A DNA stretch of 59,059 nt from contig PDIP01000083.1 of NCBI GenBank assembly GCA_002811645.1, positions 262,043 to 321,101 of the forward strand. The letters are read 5' to 3'. This stretch comes from Corallochytrium limacisporum Hawaii (lineage: Eukaryota > Protista > Pluriformea). The position numbers were made by a program, and so were the translations under genes. The notes beneath the pieces were generated by a model. The model was not told the DNA's origin and made no database searches. It worked only from the letters and a program-made list of their open reading frames with translations. Positions 11,626-23,372 of the stretch are shown here, one piece after another (position 1 is the stretch's first letter; each line of letters begins with the position of its first letter).

Positions 11626-11696
11626 GAGAGAGTGAGACCACGGAGAGAAAGAGAGAGCGAGAGAGAGAGAGTGAGACCACGGAGAGAAAGAGAGAG
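11626..11696 (+). repeat. 32-bp direct repeat (period 39) in a GA-rich tract
   Basis: GAGAGAGTGAGACCACGGAGAGAAAGAGAGAG at 11626-11657 and 11665-11696. Confidence 0.85.
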
Positions 11697-13097
11697 AGAG
11701 AGAGAGAGATAAAGAAAAAAGTGAGAAGCGCCGCGCCTGGGCACCCCTCGGTCATTTCCCCGAATGCCAAGACAGGACCAAGGGACTTGACACTCACCCA
11801 AGGCTTTTTTCCACCGTCATTTTTACTTTTGTCTATTTTTGCTTTTGTTGGCCCTAAAATTCCCCCTTCCCTTCCCCTGCCACGCCCGCCCCCGCAGACC
11901 GTTCTCCACGGCCCCTCCTCCCTCCTTTTTTTATTCTTTCCCTTTGTCTCGGCCCGGCCTCCCCCCCCCCCCCCTCGGGGAGGGGTTCGTTTCACTGTGA
12001 AAAAGCATGGAAAAAAATGGCGAAGAAACCAGAGAGAGAGAGAGAGGGAGGGAGGGAGGGGAGTGACGAAGGAAGAAAAAATCTTTCGGGTCGTCATGCG
12101 TTCTTGCCTTTGGGATCTCCCCGCTTCGCAGCGGAAGAGGGGGGCAAAAGAAGGAATGAGAGTCGGTACTTAAAGTATGGGGAATTTACGGCGTGCGCAA
12201 ACGCAGGAGAGCGAGAGAGAGGTACCCTTCCACCGTCCGGACCGACCGCCCCGCCGAGGACGCGCGACCCAACTGCGAGTGAGGCCAAAGAAGGACCCGA
12301 CTTTTTTTTTCTTTTTATTTTCTTTTACTATCTCCGGGAAAAGGCGCGGGCCGGATGAAAAACACAGAAACTTCCCCGTTCTTTGACTAAACCAAAAGAA
12401 AAAGAAAAAAAAACAATTGGCCCCCGTGACGTGTCTATTTTGGGTTGTTGGGGAGGGTAGGTACCGGAAGGTTTCGGTTTTTTCTTTTCTTTTTGGCCTT
12501 TCGGCTGTGTGAAAAGGCGGGGGGGGGACAGGCGAGCACCGCCGAAGGAGCCCGTGGTGATTGCCGGAGAGCCCTTGGTTGTTCCCTCGGGGGGGGGGGG
12601 CCTACCTTCCCCGCTTACTGCGCGCCCGTCACCCCCTGCCTTTCCGTAGTACCCGTCTCTCTCTGTCTCTCTCTGTCTCTCTCTCTGTGACTCTGCGTCT
12701 CTGTGGCTGACCCACCCAAAGAGTCGGTCGCAATTTTGGCTGGACTTGGGACCCGGGGTCGGTCGCCAATTTGGGGGCCTATTTATGGGGTTGCCACTGG
12801 CTTTTCCCCGGGGGGAAAAATGGGAGGGGGCCTCGGGTTGTGGCCGTCGCGGGTTCGGGAGAGCGGCCAGTGTTTTGGGCACCGTGACGTTCCGTTTCTG
12901 GTGTTCGCGATCGATGTGTTTTGGGTCCTGGAGACGCTGTTGAGGTATGTCAGCAATGATATGTGTTATGGGAGACACACGTGAATTCTCTTGGAATCCA
13001 ATTAAAACTATGTGGACAGCATTGGAGTGCCTAGGTTTGGTTCGTCTGAGAGATCCTCCGTGCTGAACACAAAACAAGCAACAACAGACCCTAAAGC

Positions 13098-14997
13098 ATG
13101 AGGATATCGGAAGAGATCATTGGGTTAACCCTAGCATCTATACTGATTGGGTTGTACCCTGTGTCAGGTCGTGAACTGGGTCCCGATGACAAGGAATATC
13201 ATGAAAGTTACAGTGAGATCATCTCGATTAGGGAGCCCGCATCCATTGCGGTAGTTAGTAAGACCCCTGCACCAAAGGATGAGTTGCTCGTGATCAATTT
13301 TAGATATAACTTTACGATAGTGGATTATAATGCAGAAACGAGTAAGTCAGCAAGGGATAGCTATCCGACCTGGCTCAACACAAGTTCTGGAGTGGTGTCG
13401 AGACTGCTGTACCCACTCATCGACGACACGAAGGCACAGTCTCTGAAGTTTAGCGTGGTATCCGGCGCATGGAAGCAGGAATGGGGAAAGTCAATGATCT
13501 TGGCACCTGTCGGAGCTACCATGACACTAAAGTACGAGGATAACGACGGTTATTTGAAAGAATACCTGGATCGGGACGAGATTGATCCCTCACTACAGAA
13601 GGAATGGAAGTTTGTGACCCACCACGCAACGGGGCTCCTCGGGGCAAATTACATGGCCATGGACCTGGACACCGTGGCAGCATTGTACGAACCGAAAACT
13701 CACCTGGCATCAGCGGCCTATGTGTCCCATACTGCGAATATCCCAGGAGAGACGCTGTGCACGGAGAACCTGACACCCTTTGTGAACCTGCTGCCATGCG
13801 GGCAAAGGCAAGGTATTGCGCAAATGATGCACCCTTACGCCTTCATGGAGGGTAGTTTCAATGCTCTGGACATTATCATTGACAAGGTAAGTTAAATGTG
13901 ACATGACGGCCAACTTAAGCCCTTTCAAGAGACCACTGTGGTAAGCCACCATAACCACAGTGACGCCAGATACGGGGGCGAGATCACCCTCACACGTTTC
14001 CAATGCTTACTTCCTATGCTCAGACCTTACTAACATGCTTCTTTTTCCCTCCGTTGATTCAACTGTTTTCACACTACAGAGCATGGCGGATCTACTGATA
14101 AAGTTCACCTACCAGACAGTCGTCAAAAAGCCAACCTACATCAAAGCATTGAAGGATGGGAGAGCAAAAACCATCGAGGGCTGTGGTATTGCACTGACGG
14201 GTGGCGTGGCCATCGGAGACACCGATCTAATCAGTCTTGCTCCCAAACAAGTAGCGACCACGGAGGAGATCGTTGCAGCCATCGAAACGAGCACGGGACA
14301 TCGCAGTGGCGCCACGGTCGAGCAGATGCCGCTCCGAGCGTCCTCCATGTCCGTCGGCCACGGCCACGACCGCGGATCCATACGCGTGGAAGTGCACAAC
14401 CTTGACCTCACGGAGGCCGGGCATGCACACTGCTTCATCACCGAGCAGTTGCCTTGGTACATCATACCCTACTGGCACACGCTCCGGGTGGCAATTGAAG
14501 ATGGTACGCGGCGAGATGGGAAGCTGAATGCAGCCCATCAGGTTTCCACCGGGACAAAACAGCTGCAGTCTGGGCGCTTGCGGAAAAGGCCCTCGATACT
14601 GGTACAGGAAGTGGTCATCCCACCCGGTGCAACAGTGAGCATGACTTATGATTTCAACAAAGCTCACCTCCTGTACGAAGAACACTATCCGGACTCTAAC
14701 CGCAGCCGTGATGTTCCTGGTCCTCAGATCAAGTGCCAATGGCAGAACGGTGCCAGCGAGGTGCTTCACCTGCCACCCCGTCTAGTATCATTGCCAGTAC
14801 CGGACTTTAGCATGCCGTACAATGTCATTACTCTGACCTGCACCATCATGGCCGTCGCTTTCGGCACTTTCTTCAATGTGAGCACCAAACGGTACCGAAG
14901 CCAGCAGGTGTCGAAGAGCAGTACGGCTACAGCGGATGATGACGGCACTAAGGATCAAGGCGAGGAGAGCGCCACAACCAAAGAGAAGGATGACTGA
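13098..14997 (+). CDS. PIGT: GPI transamidase subunit PIG-T/Gpi16; two exons (13098-13886, 14080-14997)
   Basis: Signal peptide; PGETLCTENLTPFVNLLPC in exon 1; LPWY, YEEHYPDSNR and LPVPDFSMPYNVITLTCT plus a TM segment in exon 2; exons join in phase 0. Confidence 0.93.
13887..14079 (+). other. Spliceosomal intron (193 bp) in PIG-T
   Basis: GTAAGT donor at 13887, TACTAAC branch point at 14028-14034, pyrimidine tract, CAG acceptor ending at 14079; splicing restores the frame (IDK|SMADLL). Confidence 0.9.
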
Positions 14998-16185
14998 AAA
15001 ACGATGGAGTAGAACGCCCCTGACATTGACCATGTGTATCCACATCATCGTTCAATCCTGTACCATGCCCAATAGAACAAGAGACATCATGTAAATAGTA
15101 TTTGAAACTGGGCTCTCCCCACGCGCGGGTCCACCTCCGGGAGTATCCCTACAAATAGACTCCAAAGGGGGATCAGTTTTCCATAGGCCAGATAACGGGC
15201 CTCCCTCGCCTTTTCCCCCGGGCGGGCGGGAGGCCTTCTTAAATTTTTCCGGTGATTTTCTCGTGGTAGATGGAAGAGGGTTCCCCCGTCCCAGTTTTAG
15301 GCTTTTGTGTGAGGGACGAAGGACAGAACGAAAAACGGACACGGTGAAAAAAGAGGGGGAAGGGGAGGGGAGGGATGAGGAGGTGGTGCGGAGGCGCCGT
15401 CGGTGCGCAGCAGAGCGGTGGAACGCCTGGTGGTTTTGTGTTCGGAGCGGTCCCTGATTTCATCAGCCAAGGGCGCCCACCGCCCGGTTCCAGAACCCGT
15501 GGAGGAGGAAAGAAGAGTCGGTTAATAATGTATTCATGAGAAAAGAAAACAAAGAGAAAGGAAAAATAGAAAGGTAAAAAGACTGCAGAAAGGGAGGCGG
15601 TTTTTTAAAAACCGGGGAACTGGTGCCATCGTACCACCATCACCACCACCACCACCACCCTCCGCGGAGAGACGAAACGACCTCCCCTCCCCCTCCCGGG
15701 GGTCTCTCTCTGTTCCGTCAGATCTCCCAGTGTTTCAAACCTTCCTTCCCGCCCTTCTGCCCTGGCCTTATGGTTTTTTTATTTTGTTTTTTTTTTATTT
15801 CGGAAATTTTTTTGAGAATTCTTTCGGGCCCGGTGTGGTGAGCGAGACCGCTGCTGACGGGGAAGGGAGGAGGAGGGGGGGGGTTGTTCAAAGCTAGCGC
15901 TTTGTGTATTTTGTTTTAAATATCCCCGGCTCCCCCCCCCCTCCCCGGACTGACGCGTCCTTGGGGCCGGGTGTCAGTGTGTGCGGTGTGCAGGGATTAT
16001 CTTTGGTCATTTTCTCTGAACCCGTCTGATTTCCAATAGTGACATATCCGCAGAATCTCCTTGTTGCACTACGGACGCAGTCGAATAAAGACATGAAGAA
16101 ATTTCACCTGCCTTATTTTACAACTGTCTTCCTTCCGTTCTTGATATTCCTGTGATTTTTTTTCATCATTTCCTCGGTGCCGCAG

Positions 16186-16428
16186 GTGAAATTAGGTGCA
16201 TTCATTACCACTCCTGAACATATCTTGGACAAGGCCAGCCGTGATATACCCTTGATATACCCTGACATCAGATTAGGCATGGTTGATGAGACAATGCCCT
16301 GGGTGCGAGGGCATGTGCAGTACATTTACTATAGGCAATCCGACTATGGCGAGACAATTTCTGGAGGATCCTCTCCTCCCCCCTCCCCGGCAGCGGTGCC
16401 ATTGGCGGTGGGCTCACAGTACATTTAG
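16186..16428 (+). CDS. Exon-like fragment of an unidentified gene between smeared segments
   Basis: Pyrimidine tract and CAG ending at 16185, then VKLGAFITTPEHILDKASRDIPLIYPDIRLGMVDETMPWVRGHVQYIYYRQSDYGE, which degrades into poly-C. Confidence 0.3.
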   Translation: MKLGAFITTPEHILDKASRDIPLIYPDIRLGMVDETMPWVRGHVQYIYYRQSDYGETISGGSSPPPSPAAVPLAVGSQYI

Positions 16429-17418
16429 TATAGAGCACCGGAATGTCCCAGATTTTTTTTCAGGGTGCCCATACACACACACCCCCCCTCCGTTTTGTGG
16501 TGGAACGCACCAGGACCCCCTCTCCCCCCCTTTTGTTTTCTTATGGTCGGTCCGATCGCGCAAGAGAGCAGAGAGGCCGTGGAGTATAAAATACTACGCA
16601 GATTATACCACGAAAGAGGAATAGGTAATTCGGCTTACCCGGCCCGGCAAAGGCACTCCACCGAACCGCCCTGAACCTGCGCGACGCGGGCGGGGGGGAG
16701 ACCCGCCGGGCAAACGAGGAAGGCACGTCTTCGTCGAGCGCTGGAGGCCAGCCTTTCAGTACAGAAAGAGCGATCTTGCCCGTTGGCAGTTGTTGGCTCC
16801 GGGAGTCGGGAACGGTGGGGAGTTGGGTGGGTCTCCCGGAAAGGGAGGCCCTCGCCCCCCCTTCTCGTCGTCGGGCTCTCCCACTTTGGCCACAGAGACA
16901 GAGGGACAGAGAGAGAGAGAGAGAGATTAGAGAGAGAGCTGGCTTTGAACCGAGACCGAGACCTTGAAAATATTGAACGCGGGCCCGATGGGGACCGGGG
17001 GTGGGAACTGTGCAAAAGACAACAGACTCCCCTCCCCCCCCCAGAGATACTCCGAAGCAAAAAGAAGGGAAGAAAAGTATCGAAGGTTAGGAACTGGGAG
17101 CGGAGGAAGGGGGGGGGGTGGTCTCAAAGGCCCAGACTCCTGGGCGGTGTGTTCGGTCCGGGTTTTGGCTTGCTCAGAACATTCTGCATGACACAGGTAT
17201 TTTTGGAAGGTGTTCGGCGGATCGTGTGGATGATATGCGGATCGTGTATTTGAGCGAGAAAGGGTCTGAGTCAAGGGAAATTGTAAAAGGACACCAAGGT
17301 ACTTACTTCCGAGCGGCGACAGTGATCGGCAGTCGTTGACACTTCCTGAAGAGCCCGCATAGGGAGGTGATAAGAGTTGGAACATAGATCTAGTGGATAC
17401 ACAGAAAACGATTCATAA

Positions 17419-19596
17419 ATGGTTGCCGAAACGGGCAGCAAAATGACTTCTGTGCTGAAAAAATTCAGTAAAAAGGGCAAATCAAAGGAAGGTAGAGAAT
17501 CCTTCACTTCTCAGGGAGAGGAGCCCATCCTCGATAGTGATGTCTACGGCAGGCAGAGGCTGAGCCAGGGTAGTGCCACCGGAGGCTTTGGACCTGGTGC
17601 AGGCGCTTTCAACACCAGCGAAGCCGCTCGATCCCGACGCATGGAGGCTCGAGGATCCAATAATTGGTACAGAGACAGCGACGACGACGATTCGGAAGGT
17701 CATGGGGACGGGAGCCACCACTATGGCGTCGACGACGACCCATTCGTGGCGATCAGTGCGCAGACTTCAAATAAAGGAAAGAAGCGGGACAGCACTGCCT
17801 GGCCAAGTGATGATCAATTCGCTGCAGTGGAAGGCCGGCTGATGATGGAATCCAGCGCTGCGGTTGATATCGGTGGCGATGACACCGGCCTCATCGGATC
17901 AGAACCCACCAATTGGCACAAATCGGGAATGAAGAAGAAGTCCAAGAACAAGTACAAAGCAACTGCACCAACCCAGGGCGGCAACGATCCATTGGCGTCA
18001 GCACCATTCCAGGACGTGGAACACTCGCGCCCAGATGTCGACCACGAAGGACGGCGAGTTGGCTACGATTGGAAGTCCAAGATGGACTCGGACAAACGCA
18101 TGGCCTGGGAATTGCACGAGCAAGACTGGCGGGAACGGGCGAGAAGGCATGAGCTTAACGATCGAGTGACTGCGCAGGACGAGAATGTCGCGAAGCAGGT
18201 CCAACAACAGGAGCAGCAGAGTCAACACCTACACGAACAGGATGAGGCCCGAAGAATCCGCGAGGATGAGGAACTAGCTCGCCAGCTGGAAGAGCTGGAA
18301 GTGCGGGATGAAGAGGAGCGCAAACGACGGCAGCAACAGGAGGACGAGCGCCTGGCCATGCAATTGCAGGAGACCTATAACCAACGCGCGCAGGAACAGG
18401 CACCACAGGCCTATGCGCAGCCGCCGCCGCAGACTTACCACCCGCCAGCAGGATATGGTACCTCCCCAGGCCAAGCGGTGATCCACCCCTACAGCACATC
18501 TCCGCACTCCTACGGCAGTACGCCACCACCGCCAGCACCTCCCGGGATGGTCCAAGCGCAGGTCCCGAATGGCTACCCGCTGTCGCATGCATCGCAACCG
18601 TCCCCGGATCAGCTCGCGCCGCAGTACGTACCTGGTGGTCCCCCTCAGCGCCTCTCCAATGGTTCGAGCGCGCATCAACGTTCATCGGGTGCTCCCTCTG
18701 CCGCGGAAATTGACGAAATGACAGCCGCCCTAGTAGTGGCAGAGTCGTCCATGGACCCCTATGACCGGGATGAGGACTTGCAGGCGGCAATCCTCCTACA
18801 GCGTGAGGAATTAGACGAAGCCCGACGCCGGCACGCGGAAGCCCAGGCGCTCGCGGACGCTCAGGCGGCGCAATTTGCATACACGCGCCGGAGTGCAGAA
18901 CCGCAGGCGCAACCCGCACCTGTGAGCACCCGCTCCTCCTTGCCGAACATTTTCGGCAGTAGCAATGGAGCACAGCCTGAGGTGACGCGAGATGTGCCCG
19001 CGAATTCGCCTATGACCCGGTACACGTCCCACGTATCATCCGGTGCGGGCGCGGACGCAGACGATCCCCAGGCCGACGATCCATCCATTCTCTACGTCAT
19101 GCCCGAACCAAAGGGAGCGTCCAAGGTTGTGGTGCGGAACCGGAACTTTAAGGAATGTTTTGTCATCAAGCTGGAACATTGGAAGGTTAATCGGTCGTTT
19201 AGTGTATGCGATGGCCAGGAGAATGTGCTCGTGACGGTGCGGAAGATGGTACAGAATCCCGGAGTGAGCTTCTTTGAGTTTAACTTTGGATACGGTCTGA
19301 AGGGACGGATATTCAAGACCGTCCGACGGGCGGATTTCATTGATTTCCAGTTCACTCAGGGCAGTCAGGATGTGATTCGGGTCGTAGGTGATCTCAAGAG
19401 CCTGCTCTGCACCTTCACGATTCAACCAACAGATAATTTCCTGGCGCACGGCCTAGGACGGCAGCGTCTGGACGACGGAGAACTTCTAAAGCGGGGTATT
19501 CCAGTTTACTATATCGACATTGGTGTGAACGTGAATGCGGCGCTGATCATCGGTCTGGCCACACTCTTCCGATTAAGTGACATGTGCAGTCGTTAG
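17419..19596 (+). CDS. Ubiquitin-binding (MIU/UIM-like) coiled-coil protein with a C-terminal Tubby-C/LURP/scramblase-like domain
   Basis: 725-aa ORF with DEELARQL, DERLAMQLQ and DEDLQAAILL motifs and a Pro/Tyr-rich linker; the C-terminal beta-rich domain ends in YYIDIGVNVNAALIIGLA. Confidence 0.7.
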   Translation: MVAETGSKMTSVLKKFSKKGKSKEGRESFTSQGEEPILDSDVYGRQRLSQGSATGGFGPGAGAFNTSEAARSRRMEARGSNNWYRDSDDDDSEGHGDGSHHYGVDDDPFVAISAQTSNKGKKRDSTAWPSDDQFAAVEGRLMMESSAAVDIGGDDTGLIGSEPTNWHKSGMKKKSKNKYKATAPTQGGNDPLASAPFQDVEHSRPDVDHEGRRVGYDWKSKMDSDKRMAWELHEQDWRERARRHELNDRVTAQDENVAKQVQQQEQQSQHLHEQDEARRIREDEELARQLEELEVRDEEERKRRQQQEDERLAMQLQETYNQRAQEQAPQAYAQPPPQTYHPPAGYGTSPGQAVIHPYSTSPHSYGSTPPPPAPPGMVQAQVPNGYPLSHASQPSPDQLAPQYVPGGPPQRLSNGSSAHQRSSGAPSAAEIDEMTAALVVAESSMDPYDRDEDLQAAILLQREELDEARRRHAEAQALADAQAAQFAYTRRSAEPQAQPAPVSTRSSLPNIFGSSNGAQPEVTRDVPANSPMTRYTSHVSSGAGADADDPQADDPSILYVMPEPKGASKVVVRNRNFKECFVIKLEHWKVNRSFSVCDGQENVLVTVRKMVQNPGVSFFEFNFGYGLKGRIFKTVRRADFIDFQFTQGSQDVIRVVGDLKSLLCTFTIQPTDNFLAHGLGRQRLDDGELLKRGIPVYYIDIGVNVNAALIIGLATLFRLSDMCSR

Positions 19597-19777
19597 TGGC
19601 AGACTCTAAAGCTATCAGGGCATGTAAATATCATCATCATCATACACTGTGACCATTGAGGAAAATTCTTAATTCATAATCGTTTTAGTCTTGGTTTGTT
19701 TTATGACAAAAAGTCGTATTCACTTGTGGGTAGTTTCTGAATTCTATACTATGTAATGCAGAACGTTTCAAGTCCCT

Positions 19778-21337
19778 TCAGAATTGGCTCAACAGTCCCG
19801 GGTTCTCCATCAAACGAGCAAAGGTTTCCAGGAAAGATCGGGCATCGTTGGAATCGACGGCGCGCGAGTCAAAGGATACAGTCACGTTCATCTTGGTCAC
19901 CATATGGATGTCCGATTCAGTCAGGCGCACCGAACTCTGATCAAAGACAGCTCCGCTGCTGCTGTCGTCCAGAGCCCAGTCGAGCTCTTCAAGTGTGGCA
20001 GCACCCTTGGGCTTGTGGACCGGCTCAGGAACAACGCGCGATCCTCCAACCGCCATAATGCACGCCTGTGGCGGGTTGATGACTGCTGTAAACTCTTTCA
20101 CGCCGTACATGCCCAGGTTGCTCACGCTAAAGGTTCCGCCCTGATACTCTTGAGGTTGAAGCTTGTTAGCCCGAGCCTTGGCGGCGAGCTCCTTAACAGC
20201 AGCGCCAATCTCCGGCACCGTCATTCGGTCTGCGCCAAAAACAATGGGCGTAATCAGTCCGCCGTCCGTCGCAACCGCGACGCTGACGTCAATATTCTCC
20301 TGCTGTAGCGCGCGCTGGCCATCCCAGAGCACATTGCATGCGGGATTCAAGCGCAGAGCGGCGGCCACTGACCTAATGACAAAGTCATTGACGCTCACTT
20401 TGACGCCAAAGTTCTCCTTCATTTGCTCACGCAGGGAAAGGATGTTATCCAGGTTCATTTCCTTAGTCATGTAGGCATGGGGAATGGTAAATTTGGACTC
20501 GGTGAGGCGCTGGGCGATGACCTTGCGCATATTGGTAACATCCAGGTCGACGTATGGGTTGTCGCCTGTCTGCTGTGGCGGCGGACCGGTGGGTCCTGTG
20601 GGCACTGGCTTCGCCTTCGCCGCCGCCGCCGGCGCGGGCGGCAGTGGTGCCGCCGGGGTGGTCGCAACACCATGGCTGCCCATTTCCGAAACATCAAGCT
20701 TCTTCACACCCTTCTTTTCAATGTAGGCCATGACATCCTCCTTCAGCACCCGGCCGCTCCAATGGCTGCTGCTGGTGATATCCGTAAGCGCAAGGCCGTA
20801 CTCTTCCAAGAGTTTGCGCACAGCAGGACCTAGTTTGTCGGAGGTGGCGGTTGATGCATGGGTAGTTTCGGCAGATCCCTGCTCCGCCGCGGCCTCTGCA
20901 GGTGCTGAATCGGCAGCTGGAGTGGCCCCGGCGGCGTGAGGAGTTCCGATATCATCCGGGATTTCTACGTCGTTGATATCCTCGCCCTCCTCGACAACCA
21001 ATCCTACGCATGTTCCAATCGGGACCGCATCTCCACCTTCCTGCACCATAATTTTGGCCAAGACACCATCATCCGAGGCCTCGACTTCCATGGTCGCCTT
21101 GTCTGTCTCAATTTCGTAAATCACATCACCCACGGACACTGCGTCTCCGGGTTGGATGTGCCACTTGACGATCTTGCCCTCCTGCATGGTTGGACTCAGG
21201 GCCGGCATGTCCAGCCTGCTGGTTGCCATCATACAGCGCTGGATCAGGCCCCAGGCCTGGTACCGCGCGAAGGCACTGGGTTGGAATGCCATCCGTGACC
21301 CGACGGACATTGCTGTATTGAAGAGTCGGCGTGACAT
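19778..21337 (-). CDS. PDHX: Pyruvate dehydrogenase complex E3-binding protein (protein X), mitochondrial
   Basis: Presequence; a single lipoyl domain (MPALSPTM, ETDKATME); peripheral subunit-binding domain (GPAVRKLL..GRVLKEDV); acyltransferase-like domain with DSRAV instead of the catalytic DHR. Confidence 0.88.
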   Translation of the reverse strand: MSRRLFNTAMSVGSRMAFQPSAFARYQAWGLIQRCMMATSRLDMPALSPTMQEGKIVKWHIQPGDAVSVGDVIYEIETDKATMEVEASDDGVLAKIMVQEGGDAVPIGTCVGLVVEEGEDINDVEIPDDIGTPHAAGATPAADSAPAEAAAEQGSAETTHASTATSDKLGPAVRKLLEEYGLALTDITSSSHWSGRVLKEDVMAYIEKKGVKKLDVSEMGSHGVATTPAAPLPPAPAAAAKAKPVPTGPTGPPPQQTGDNPYVDLDVTNMRKVIAQRLTESKFTIPHAYMTKEMNLDNILSLREQMKENFGVKVSVNDFVIRSVAAALRLNPACNVLWDGQRALQQENIDVSVAVATDGGLITPIVFGADRMTVPEIGAAVKELAAKARANKLQPQEYQGGTFSVSNLGMYGVKEFTAVINPPQACIMAVGGSRVVPEPVHKPKGAATLEELDWALDDSSSGAVFDQSSVRLTESDIHMVTKMNVTVSFDSRAVDSNDARSFLETFARLMENPGLLSQF

Positions 21338-23372
21338 AATTGGTCTGTTGCTCGCGTTCTACCTATGCTATGATACAAGTTCTTATGGGAGGACAAAACT
21401 TGCTTGTGTTCATCTATAAAACCGTCTATCGGCTGGCCATAATTTTTCACCGTGTACCAATCAGTCCACAAAGCCCTATGGCCAATACCCGCCAGTCTCT
21501 GGCTTTGGTCTCTTCCTCCCTTGGCAATGTGTTTACACTTTCCTGTACTCCTTTTGAACCCTCTCGATGTCACAAGGGACCAGATCCTTGTTTTGCATAC
21601 AATACAGAACACGTCATCTGCAAGTCCACAAAGTCAGGACTTCTAGACTTGAAAAACAAACACAATACAAACCCTTCGGTTCGCAGCGGGTATCCAACAC
21701 ACGCACACATCCACCCAACCACCCAGAATAAAAAACACCAAAACACACGCGCGGGGCGCGCGCACCAACCGAAACCCTCCCCCGGCCCCCCCCCCAAAAT
21801 CGCGGGCCCTTGTGTCTGTGTTATGCGCAGTGTAGACCGGGTCTGTCTCTGCGTTAGCCCCCCCCCCTCTCAACCTTCGCGACACCCTCGCTCCCTCTCT
21901 CTCTCTCCCGCCCTTTGGGTTTTCGGGCCGTCCGTAAGCCCCGATGCCGCACTCACACACACACACACACTCCCCCCCCCTCCCTCCTTCTCTCCCTAAG
22001 GCCGCCCGCCCCGTGTGACCGACCCCGCTGGACTGGCACTGGCCCATAGTCCCCCCTCCCCGCTCCCCCTCGCCCTGGCCACCGCGCTTTTCTCTTTTTT
22101 TTTTCTTTTGCGCGCGCGGAGGGGGGCGGCGGGGGTGTGCTCGCGTGTGTTTTGCGTTGTTTTGGGGACGGCATTGGGGTCCAATGTTCAGTACTTTCAC
22201 TATGGAATCGGGCCAGGGCCGAGGCCAGTGACGAATAGCACTACTCAACCCTTCTTCCGGTGCGGGGCACTGTGGGACACGAAAGAGTGACGTAGTAGAT
22301 AGGCATCTGTATTCTCCTGTTTCGTAAATCCATATAATTTATATGTGTATTACAATCCATTCTTTACACATTGTTCTACAAACAACACAGAGGGCCCGGC
22401 GGGCGGGTTTGTGCCAACCAAACACACACACACGCGCGCGAGCAAACGAGGGCGGAGTTTCGACCCTGGGGGCCAGCGCCTGGTTTTTTTTGCTCTCCCC
22501 TCCCTCCTCCCCCCCTTTTTTTTAATGGTACCCTTCGCTCTCCGTGGCGCTCTTTGGGGCAAGGCACAGAGAGACACAGAGTCACACAGAGAGAGAGAGC
22601 GGGAGAGCGAGGGGGTGGAGGTGAGAGCAAAGGCACGAACCCGGCCGATCGGTTTCAGGGGGCGGTCTTGACGGCCGGCCGACTGCCTGTGTGTGTGACG
22701 CGTGCGTTTCTGCCTGATCCCGGCACTGGTGGCCACTACGTCCCGGCAATTCTGTTTTGTTACCTTTTGGCCTGCCTGTCCCGGGCACGTCGTTTTGTGG
22801 GGTCCCTGTTGTCCGGTGTTGTGAATTTTCCCGTCCGTCTGTACCTGCGACTCTCTCTCAGAGACACACGGTGTCGTCAGTGCTCTTGTCCCGTTTCCTC
22901 CTCTCGCTCTCTCTCTCTCTTCAGTACTTTGTGCCTGCCTCCATGCCCGTGTGCTTCCGTGGTGTGGGTGCGTGTGTGAGTAAAGATGAAAGTTCTTTTG
23001 CTCATCTTTTATGCTCGGGTTTGTTGCTGGGTGGTGGTGTGTCAGTTTCGAGTGCAACGGGTCGCTGACCGGTCCTGGGCGCACATTAAACCGGACGAAT
23101 CAGAGCGTTGACATCACTACCGAATGATGAGAGTGTGCGAGAGCGTGGTTCAGAACTACGGTGAAAAAAAGTTGTTCGCGGCGTTTCCGAGACGGCCCTT
23201 GTGTATTTGCAGTGTAGAGATTGGTAGCGCAAACTTTGAAAAAGCTTTGCCGTAGTGGTGGTGGTGGCAAAAGGGTCCGTCCTCTGTTTCCCTTTCTGCA
23301 CATGATGGCCCAAGATGTGGCGATGGCAACGAGAGCATGACGCGCATGCATAGATCTGCCTTACATTCGCAT

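Noticed and set aside
11626-11696. Direct repeat considered as a CRISPR or LTR remnant
   Set aside because: Two low-complexity copies with a 7-nt spacer, eukaryotic context and no cas or retroelement genes; probably a gap-fill duplication.
15630-15660. (CAC)n His-tag-like run
   Set aside because: Simple trinucleotide run inside a smeared segment; no vector context.
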